Notes under the pieces: generated by a model
Told to the model about the DNA's origin: nothing
Database searches by the model: none
The model's input: the letters and a program-made list of their open reading frames with translations, nothing else
Part shown: positions 54,088-64,000 of the stretch, in pieces
Layout of the letters: each line of letters opens with the position of its first letter
Position numbering within the stretch: position 1 is the first letter of the stretch
Assembly: GCF_009914755.1 (NCBI RefSeq)
Contig: NC_060925.1
Length of the DNA stretch: 64,000 nucleotides
From: the human T2T-CHM13v2.0 reference genome, Homo sapiens
Reading direction: 5' to 3' (one strand)
Position numbers and translations under genes: made by a program

Positions 54088-54745
54088 CTGTAATGCATTG
54101 CTTAATGACGGGTATGTTCTGAGAAATGTGTGATTAGACAATTTTGTAGTTGTGCAAATGTCACAGTGTGTACTTACATAAACCTACGTGGTATGGCCTG
54201 CTACACACCTAGGCTATTTCGTATAACCTATTGCTGCTAGGCTACAAGTCTGTATGGCATCTTACTGTGCTAAATACTGCAGGCAACAGTAACACAGTGT
54301 CAACTATGTTTGTATGTAAACAGAAAAAGTGCAGTAAAATATAAACTGTATAAAAGATAAAGATGGTACACCTATACAGGGTACTTACTATGAATGAAGC
54401 TTGCAGGACTAGAAGCTGCTCTGGATGAGTCAGTGATTAGGTGGTAAATGAATGTGAAGGCCTAAAACATTACTGTACAATACTTCAGACTGCAAACATT
54501 GTATGCTTAGGCTACACTAAATTTATTAAAACGTTTTCTTTCTTCAATAATAAATTAACCCAAGCTTGCTGTACCTTTTTAAATTTATAAACTTTTTAAT
54601 TTTTTAAAACTTTTCGACTCTCTTGTGATAATACTTAGCTTAAAAATAAATACATTGCACAGCTGGACCAAAATATTTGCTTTCTTTACGCCCTTTTTCT
54701 ATAAGCTTTTTTCTATTTTTAAAAGTTTTTAATTTTTATTTTCAC
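54088..54745. mobile_element. Tigger3-family (Tigger3b/MER7-like) TcMar DNA transposon, one end only
   Basis: CTGTAATGCATTGCTTAATGACGGGTATGTTCTGAGAAATG...CTACACACCTAGGCTA...GCTTGCAGGACTAGAAGCTGCTCTGGATGAGTCAGTGA. Confidence 0.85.
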
Positions 54746-54749
54746 CTCC

Positions 54750-54965
54750 ATATGTGGTAGCCTGGAAACTCTCTCCAGGAATTAAGTGGAACCACTGTAG
54801 AGCTTACTTTGTTTGTTCCTCATACCTTCAGGATCACTTTCCTTCATTGCCTGGTGACCGATATTTTGAAAACTGTTGTTTCATATTTGGTCTGTTTATA
54901 AGTTTTTTCATGTAAGAAGATAAATGCAGTCCCTGTTACTCCATCTTGGCTGGAAGTAAAAGTCA
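54750..54965 (-). mobile_element. Ancient L1ME 5'-end fragment
   Basis: GTCCCTGTTACTCCATCTTGGCTGGAAGTAAAAGTC. Confidence 0.6.
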
Positions 54966-55126
54966 ATTTATTGTATTTAAGTCACAGTTTGCTACATTTT
55001 GGTAAAAGAAAGCTGTTGCCATGTCTTGTAACATCAAATATCACTTCTGGGTGGTTCAGTTCTTCCTTAAAGCGTTTGAATTGATTAGTTCCATGAGCTC
55101 AAACATTTAAAAAAATTGTTAGAATT

Positions 55127-55460
<334 letters not shown>

Positions 55461-56849
55461 TTAGCATTCATTGGCAGAAGCTTTGGCTTACTTACCATTT
55501 TATTGACTTGTTCTTCCCCTGTGCCCTGTCCCCTGTGCTGATTGGTGAGAATTAAGATATTTGGCAGTGAGGACATGGGATTGTTGAATTCACTATTTTA
55601 AATAGTTTGAGGTCAGTAAAATAAAAATTAAATAAATTGATCTTAAACACTGTGCTTTCTTTAACACAAAATGCTCTTTTTGATGGTATTTTTTATAAGC
55701 CATCGGGTCAATTTATTAAGAAACTCAACATTTTAAAAAAATTGCTCAAATAAAGGAGCCAACCTATTCTATGTATATAAGAGAGAAAAGGATAAAGCTG
55801 TATATTAGAGCTGCTAATATAGCAGTAGAGAAGAAAACTCACACAGCCCTGAAAGAAAGATTCATTCTGTAAGTGACAGTGTTTAATATTTCATGAATCT
55901 GTTGCAAATATATTGCTACCACCACTGCTATAGGCCTGCCTCGAGAGGTCAGATCTCCTGGGTGTGACTTTATTTTGGTGCCCCCCATGATCCCTTGGTC
56001 CTTATACCTTGTCCTTTCTTTCTGTTTTCTACATGATTATCACGAAGTCTAAATATTCATTTCCAAGTTTTGCTGATAAAACAAAGGAGGGCTACCAATT
56101 AGCTCTTGCTTCTAAGTCTTACAAGACTTAGTGTGTTGAGGTGCTCAACTCTGATCACTTTCTAACTAGTCAAGTTGTAAGTGTTGGGCCTGCCTGAGAA
56201 TGGACTTGATTTCCTCTAGGCAGAACATTTTCATGGAAGAATAAGGTTTTCAGCCATTGATATCTGGAGCCTGCCATAGCTGATAGGAAAGTCATCTCTC
56301 TCTTCAAATCTAAGAGATGGCAGCTGTATCTATAATGTAGACAAAGAACTCAAGGGCCTGCCTCAGAACAAGTGAACTCCAAACAGTTTCTACCTCAATT
56401 TTCATATTCCTGGCTCTTTGCTTGTAGTTTAACTAAATAGTAGGACATATGCCTTTGTATGGAATTGTGATATACATATCATTCCAATGGAGTTTTCCTT
56501 TTAGAAACTGTTTGAAATAATATAGCAAAGATTTGGGGAAGTGACCTGGAAGAGCAGTCAATCTGGCTAAATAACAAATCAAGAAGCTTTATATGTAGAT
56601 TTCAAAATATGAGATTAAGATGTTAAAACTTTTGCCCTTTGTAATAATAATCTCATCCAAAGCATTTGGTCTCAGCATCTGCTTGTGTGAAGCACTCTGG
56701 GTGATCCCTTACAAGGGAGGTAAATACAACCTGTGTTATCAATGCATATTAGATTAATCCTTGCTGCTATAAATTATCTTTCTCCTTTAGGTACTACGTA
56801 GGGATGAATAAAGGAATGAATACTTTGGTAATATTTTAAAAGATAAATG

Positions 56850-58195
56850 CCAGCCATGTCAAGAAAGTCATCTAACATAATCTCACTACTAAACTTAAAC
56901 TATTTTTATTGAGGTCATAAAAAATCTTCCAGTTATATCCAGAGATTTTCTGCAGATCTCATTTTTCTTGTCTTATCTGCCTGCCTTTGCCATTGTTGAT
57001 CATTGTCTCCATTTTACAACTTGGGTTTATGATGCCACTGTTTCCTAGTTCATTTTTAATTATTTTGGCATTCCTTTTCAGTCTCCCTTGACAGTTTATT
57101 GTTACCTTCCAGTCCTAAGGTTCCTATCATCAGGTTACTTCTCTTGCTACATTCTTCTTTCTTCCTGGGCAATCTAGCTAGGGCTGTTGGTCCAATTATT
57201 CCTTGTGCATGAGTGACTCCCTTCAGCTCAAAGTTCTCTCTTGAGTTTCAACTCACATATACATTCACCTGATAGAAATACATTTACTCAGAGTCCCACA
57301 GACTTTCCTAACCCAACAACACCGAATCTGAACACTTCATATTCTTCTCCAAACTCATTTCCCTTTTTGGGTTCCAACCCTTAGCGAATGAGGCCACCAT
57401 TTGCTAAATGTTCATGATGGAAACCTATGAGTCATAATAAATTTCTCTTTTTTTCTTTTTGTTGCCCCATCTACTCGTCAAGTCTATTAAATTCTATGTC
57501 CTGAAATATCTCTTCTATCATTACTTCCCTAGTTATATAGAAGCAGGGATATTGCAATAGCCTCCTTCTTACTGGCCACATGACTTTTATTCACTTTCCC
57601 TGAAATTATCTTCCAAAGCCTAGGGTTCTTCTAATCCCAACAAACCCAACAAACAGATCTTATATTACTTCTCTGCCCCAATTCTTCCATGATTCCTTTA
57701 CTAACAAAACGAAATCTAATCTTTTCTTCATGATCTGATCTTTTCCTATCTGTCCCACTTTTTCTGTCATTATCCGCCCTTGAATTTACTTTTTAAGCAT
57801 GGTGACTTGCAGATGATTTATCAAGAAAGAATAAATGGATTAAAGCAGTCCTCCAAATAAATATGCCATGCTTGCTCACTTGTTTCCATACGCATACTGT
57901 CCCTGCTGCCTGAATGCTTTGGTGCACTCTCCTCTTTCATGACATCTTCCCTAATGTCCCCCCATGCCCCAGGCAGATGGCAGCATGCTTCCTTTGCTTC
58001 TACAGCACTTAGCAGCCCCTCCAGGAGAGTAGTGACCATCCTGCAGTATAATTGTTGGTTTGCTTCCCTGTCTTTCCAATAGACTGTAAACATTTGCAGG
58101 CTGGGGACACTGAGTTTCCTTCTTTGTAACCTCCAGGGCTTAATACAGTGCCTGTGCATAACAGGTGTTCAGTAACTATTTTCTGGGTGACAGCA
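56850..58195 (+). mobile_element. Long L2 relic running to the 3' end
   Basis: Pyrimidine-rich L2 body ending TAGACTGTAAACATTTGCAGG...CCAGGGCTTAATACAGTGCCTG...GGTGTTCAGTAACTATT. Confidence 0.8.
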
Positions 58196-58641
58196 TGCTT
58201 TATCAATAATTAGAGGGTAGAAATCTTTCATCCTTTTTTGGTGGATTAAATCCTAACCAAAATTTTTTAAAATAAGTGACTCCTGGTGAGGAGTAGAGAA
58301 GAGTGGCAGCCACTTCCCTGTTGTTTGATGCTAAGATGGGAGTGGGGCAAACCTGGAACCACTTCCTCTCACCATTCCTAAGAATTGCCACCAACCCTGA
58401 CCATCCTTTTCCTCCTCTGTATTTTGGCTGTCTTTGGTTTTTGAGGACAAGATAGGAGAAGATGAACAAGAGATGAGAGAGAAGTTATGAGGTGTCTTGA
58501 GGATGTTTCTAACTAGTCAAAGTGGAAAATGAGATCCACAGCTTCCAGAGGGAGGGTGACACGAGTGTCCTGACTCCTGGGCTTGTCTGCCCGTGTGTCT
58601 AACTTAAAACAGAAATATGCTTTTCTTGACTAAATGCTCCC

Positions 58642-58808
58642 TAGCACCAGCTGTGTGATTTGCAGGGCCCATTGGTCATTGAAAATGTGAGCCCCTTGTT
58701 AGAAATTTACAAAGAATTTTAAGATGGTGACAACAGAGCATTAATCCAAGTGTGGAATCCTCCTGAGTGTGGGGCTCTGTGGGACTGCACACTGAGAAGG
58801 TGGCCTTG
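58642..58808. mobile_element. MER45A (hAT-Tip100) with 8-bp TSD
   Basis: GAAAATGTGAGCCCCTTGTT...AAGATGGTGACAACAGAGCATTAA; ATGCTCCC (58634-58641) and ATACTCCC (58809-58816). Confidence 0.8.
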
Positions 58809-58854
58809 ATACTCCCGGATGGATGTTCCAAGTAGCTGGCTTTGGTGATGAGCT

Positions 58855-59056
58855 TCTTTTAATTATTTGTTTATTTAGAAGTTCTTACAAAATCTTCTGG
58901 ACATTCATAAAAGGATAAAGAAAAATAGAGATAGTGATATACCCATCATCAGCTCAAGAAATAAATGATGACAAATACACTGGAATTACTTTGTGTATCA
59001 CTTTCTCCCCAGAAGTAACTAATATTCTGATGAACTACAGGAGTTTATCACTTTCG
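58855..59056 (-). mobile_element. L1ME-type 3' fragment
   Basis: CCCATCATCAGCTCAAGAAATAAATGATGACAAATAC...CCCAGAAGTAACTAATATTCTGA. Confidence 0.6.
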
Positions 59057-59072
59057 TACATGTCTATACTTT

Positions 59073-59531
<459 letters not shown>

Positions 59532-61269
59532 TACATGTCTATACTTTGATTGTCTATCCCTAATAAAGATGAATTTTAAAGCAATGCATGAGGAATTTTT
59601 CTTTAGGCAACTGAATGAGGGACTGAATCCTGGGAGGCCAGGATTAAGCAGCTCCAAATCGCTGCAATAAGAGAATCCTGGTTTATTAGTTCTTTGCATT
59701 TTTACCCATTGTTTATATTTTTCAGCTCACATCTACCTTTCTTCTTGCCCTTTGTAAACTCTGTAAACAATTCCCCTCCTGCAGATGTGTCTTCTTCCAA
59801 TTTATTTACCACTTGCTTCTTTTGCAATGAGAAGCACTGGAGTCCCGGCTCCAGGTCCAGCTTCCCTTCTCCCCTGCGCTATGCTGGGGTGCAGTGCTGG
59901 GATTTAACTGGTCAATTGAGTTGTCTTTTTTTTTTTTGATGTTTTAAGTTCAGCAGAATCCAGGGACCTAGGAAAGCAGGAAACAGGGCTCCTGGGAGAT
60001 AGAATACCTGTCAGAATTAAAAAGATATATATTTAACAACTAGAATGAAGAGGACTCAGAGATGAATATGCAGCAAAAGCGACATTTGAGAGCTATGAAG
60101 AAGGACTTTGGGGGAACAGAAAGTTGTGTTCAAGCCATACAACTCCATGGAGGGATTAACACAGCAGGAAATATGATGAACATTTTGCCAAAAATGAGGG
60201 TGTGGCCTGTCAGAGTGGGCACTTGGCATCTGGAGTTGTCCCACATGATTATAATAATTAAAAAAATTAATAGTTTGTATATTCTCCCTGCCTTCAAAAA
60301 ATTAAAATCCTTTCAAACCTTGCACATCCTCCAGATGACTATTGGAAACTGTGTAGAGCTTAGTGATAATAAAGAAAGACCATTCATATTGTGAATGGCT
60401 GGGTTTTCTATCTTTAAGGATTTATCTGCATAGCAGCAGACACAGTGGGGCTCAGACAAGGACTTCAGGGACCGACTTTGGCAGGTCTTTGATCTGAACT
60501 GACTGAAACAAAAGAAACCGACACTTCCCTAATTACCTGACCAGATACCTTAAGCAGCAACACTCCAAACCCGTGTGAATCATAGGGCCGCGAAACGCCA
60601 ATAATAACCACCAGGATTTTTAGTGCAGGGAGCGATTGCAAATTTGACTTATGTGCTGCCGCCAAAATCACTATGGCCTAATTACTGCTAAAAACAGATG
60701 ATGATAAAAGTTAACATGGCCCCAGTGAGTCATTTTGTCAGGACTCGCATTTCAGAAACAGCCATTCTAGGGGGAGAGTTGAGGATAAACTCTTTCATAG
60801 TGGCCACAAACGATTGCAGCGGACAAGCTGGAAAAGCCTGTGTCTGGTTCCCAGGAATTTAGCGCAAGATAACTATTCCATGGTCACATGGAAGACTTTT
60901 ATTAATAAAGAAGACCTTTCCTTAGTCTTTTTTATTAATAAACACATGCAACTGCCATATGGAAATAAGATCTGCCGTCCCAGTTCCTCCTAAAATAGAG
61001 CATTCCTAATTGGGGTTATTTAACTTCCTTCAGAAATACTCTTCTTAATTATTTGGGTTAGTCCAGCCCAGGGAAGAAAAAGGAATAGAACCAGCAACAG
61101 GGAGGCCTTCTCTGAAACATGCCACATAGTCTTCCCTAGGTAAGTAGTAATGGCCTCCTCATAGATTTTTTTTTAAAAAAAAGGGAATTAGAGATATCCT
61201 ATTAATCAAGTGTGCTTTTGCGCCTAGTGCTGCGTGATCGATCATGATATTCCATATGGCAAGATCACA

Positions 61270-61405
61270 TTGCTAAAGTGCAGGAGGCTTGAGTTTGAGC
61301 CTTCACTCTGCTATTCTTAGCTGTGTGACATTGGGTGAGTTATTTAACTACTCTGGGCCTCAGTTTTCTCATTGATAACTTGGGGGTGATAACATCAGCC
61401 CCCAA
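61270..61405 (+). mobile_element. MIR
   Basis: TAGCTGTGTGACATTGGGTGAGTTATTTAACTACTCTGGGCCTCAGTTTTCTCAT. Confidence 0.8.
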
Positions 61406-61525
61406 GCAATATTATCAGTTACTTTCTGAGGGAAGCAAGGTCTCAGGAAATAATTCCATTCTATAGAAAAGGGTTGAGGATGTGCTGTGGCTCCAGATGG
61501 CCTGAAGTTTGATCCTGGGAGCATG

Positions 61526-62339
61526 TGATCAGGGAACAGGGGCAGGGAAGTGCTGGGTAGAGAATGGCGGGTTCCCGGCCAGGGGTCCGCCCCCCATCCC
61601 TCAGCCGAGCCTGTGCACAGGGACCTAGGTGAGGATAGCCGTTTCTGTTTTGGTGCCCAAATGTTGCATTTTCCAAGACCACCCTGGCCCGCCACGCCCC
61701 CATTCTGTGCCTATGAAAACCCTGAGACCCTAGCAGGCACAGACACAAGCGCTGGACATTGAGAGGAACACACCAGCAGAAGGGCACACAAGTGGCTGGA
61801 CGTCGAGAAGAACCCACTGGCAGACACCAGCAGATGCGGGCAGGCCGTCTATAGCTGGGTGACCTGGAGTTCGGCCCAGGGCCGTCAGAGGAGAGCCCCG
61901 CCACTGACTGGCCTGACGCCAGGGAAAGATCACCTCCTCTTCTGGCTCCCATCCCTCCACTGAGAACTACTTCCACCACTCAATAAAACCTTGGACTCAT
62001 TCTCCAAGCCCAGGTGTGATCCAATTTTTCCAGTACACCAAGGCAAGAACACCGGGATACCAAAAGCCCTCTGTCCTTGCTATTAGGCAGAGGGTCTAAT
62101 TGAGCTGATTAACACAAACCACCTACCCATGGCAAAACTAAAAGAGCACGCTGTAACATGCCCACTGGGGCTTCAGGAGGTGTAAATATTCACCCCTAGA
62201 CACTGCTGTGGGGTCGGAGCCACACAACCTGCCCATCTGCATGCTCCCCCTAGAGGTGTGAGCTGCCGAGCATTGAAGAAGCGAGCCACACCCCCATCTC
62301 ACGCCCTGCGAGGGTGATGAGGGAACTTTGCCCGTTTCA
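61526..62339 (+). mobile_element. LTR1-family (ERV1, HUERS-P2-type) solo LTR with 4-bp TSD
   Basis: TGAT...TTTCA ends; CATG at 61522-61525 and 62340-62343; CCCAAATGTTGCATTTTCCAAGACCACCCTGGCC; AATAAA at 61982-61987. Confidence 0.88.
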
Positions 62340-62699
62340 CATGGATCATTTTCTGACCGGCATCAGTTGTGTCTGCGGTTTATGTTCTCCTTACAGATAT
62401 TCTCTGGGAAGGGGACAATTTGTGAGAGGCCAGTTTTGATAAGCCTTATGCTGAAATCATTGCTGTTTTCAAACTTAGAATTTTACTTCTTTTAGAGATT
62501 GATTTGGCTTCCCTCAATTCTCCTTCCTTTCTTGAGAGAGGAGGAGAGTTGTGCTCTCAGAATCACAGAGGTTTAGAAGCAAAAATATCTTAAATGCCAC
62601 GCTAAAAACAAAACAAAACCCAAAAACCCACTCAATTGCTAAAGACATAAATGTAAGAAATAAAGATATAATGTAAGAAATATAACATGAAATTTTAAA

Positions 62700-63710
62700 A
62701 TAATGTAAAACTGGAGTATATCATGATTTATTTGTAATAGCAAGCAATAATAACTCACAACCCAATAATAGGGGATCATTTAAACAATGGAAACTATGCG
62801 GCCATTAAAATGTGGTTGGTTGTAGAAGAATATTTAATGCCATGAGAAAATGTTAACAACATTTGACTCAATGAGAAATGTGGATTTTAACTGCAACATC
62901 AAAATATTAACAGATTTATACATGAAGGATGAATTATGGATGCTTTTTTCCTTTTAATTGTGGTAAAAAACACATAATGAAATTTATCATCTTAACAAAT
63001 GTAAGTATATAGTTCAGTAGCGTTAAGTGCATTCACACTGCTGTGCAACAGATCTCCAGAACTTTTTCATCTTGCAAAACTGAAACTCTATTAACTGTTG
63101 AATAGCAATTCCCTATTCCCCCTCCTCCCAGCCCTTGGCAACCACTGTTTTACTTTCTGTTCCTATGAATTTCACTACTTTAGATACCTTGTACAAGGGA
63201 AATCACACAATATTTACCTTTTTGTGAGAGGCTTATTTCACTTAGCATAATGTCCTCAAGTTTCATTCATGTTGTAGCAAGTGAGAAGGTTTCCTTCCTT
63301 TTTAGGGCTGAATAATATTCCCTTGTATTTCGTCTGTTGATAGACACTTGGGCTTCTTTTATTTCTTGGCCATCCACTTTTTGGCTGCTATGGGCATGAG
63401 TATGAAAATATTTCTTCAAGATTTTGCTTTTAATTCTTCCCATATATTCCTAGAAGTGGGATTGCTAGATCACATGGTATTCTATTTTTTATTTTTGTAG
63501 GATCCACTTTTCTATTTTTCATGGCAGTTACTCCATTTTACATTCTCACCAACAGTGCACAAGACTTCCAGTTTCTCTTCATCCTCACCAACACTTGTTT
63601 TTTTCTAATAGTAGTTATTTTCTTTTTTGTACTTTGATATATTCCCCATTTATTTTTCATTCTGACTAAGCACTGCTTTTGTAATTAGAAAAACCACAAT
63701 AAATTTAGTG
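62700..63710 (+). mobile_element. Ancient L1ME 3' end split by L1MB (pieces ~62700-62945 and ~63615-63710)
   Basis: ACTATGCGGCCATTAAAA...GAATATTTAATGCCATGAGAAAATGTT; ends CTTTTGTAATTAGAAAAA. Confidence 0.55.
62945..63612 (-). mobile_element. L1MB2/3-like 3' fragment
   Basis: GTGCAACAGATCTCCAGAACTTTTTCATCTTGCAAAACTGAAACTCTA...CCAGCCCTTGGCAACCAC. Confidence 0.85.
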
Positions 63711-64000
63711 TAAAAGACATGGTGGAGGAATAAATACTGACTGTGTCTTATTTGCAAGGACTAAATCATTGAGCGTTTCTGGGATGTCATTCACACAAAG
63801 GCCTTACCTATTCTCTACCTAGCTGATATTAGGTATTATGTCTAACCGGGTGGCCTGAGAGAAATATTACTGAATGGTATTGACATACTTGTTTGCATGT
63901 TAGAAAGCAAAAGAGATAATTTAGATGCTTTCTGTACTTCCACAAAGGAACTAGTTCAACTCAGAAAGTCAAAAATATCAGTTGTTCTAATGAAAAACAT

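Overview
This looks like primate (very probably human) non-coding DNA, either intergenic or deep intronic. It is AT-rich, CpG-depleted and heavily covered by interspersed repeats. These include eight ordinary Alus plus one three-monomer Alu, many L1 fragments (L1PA/PB/MA/MB/ME and HAL1), L2/MIR relics and MaLR LTRs. There is also an MLT2A1 solo LTR, an LTR1-family solo LTR, a decayed ERVL provirus (LTR41-like LTR, Leu PBS, gag/integrase relics) and DNA transposons (MER20, MER45A, Tigger3). I find no supportable protein-coding exon, RNA gene or CRISPR array; the listed ORFs are repeat-derived or chance. The most unusual structure is an old local rearrangement at ~14.7-16.8 kb: a direct duplication that keeps an empty pre-Alu site, plus an inverted triplication of an MLT1I segment forming a ~450-bp palindrome. 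Also notable are two 5'-inverted (twin-primed) L1s, a multi-layer nest of elements inside HAL1, two AT-rich VNTRs and several candidate enhancers. Repeat subfamily names come from my memory of the consensus sequences and are not verified by alignment; boundaries of old elements are approximate.
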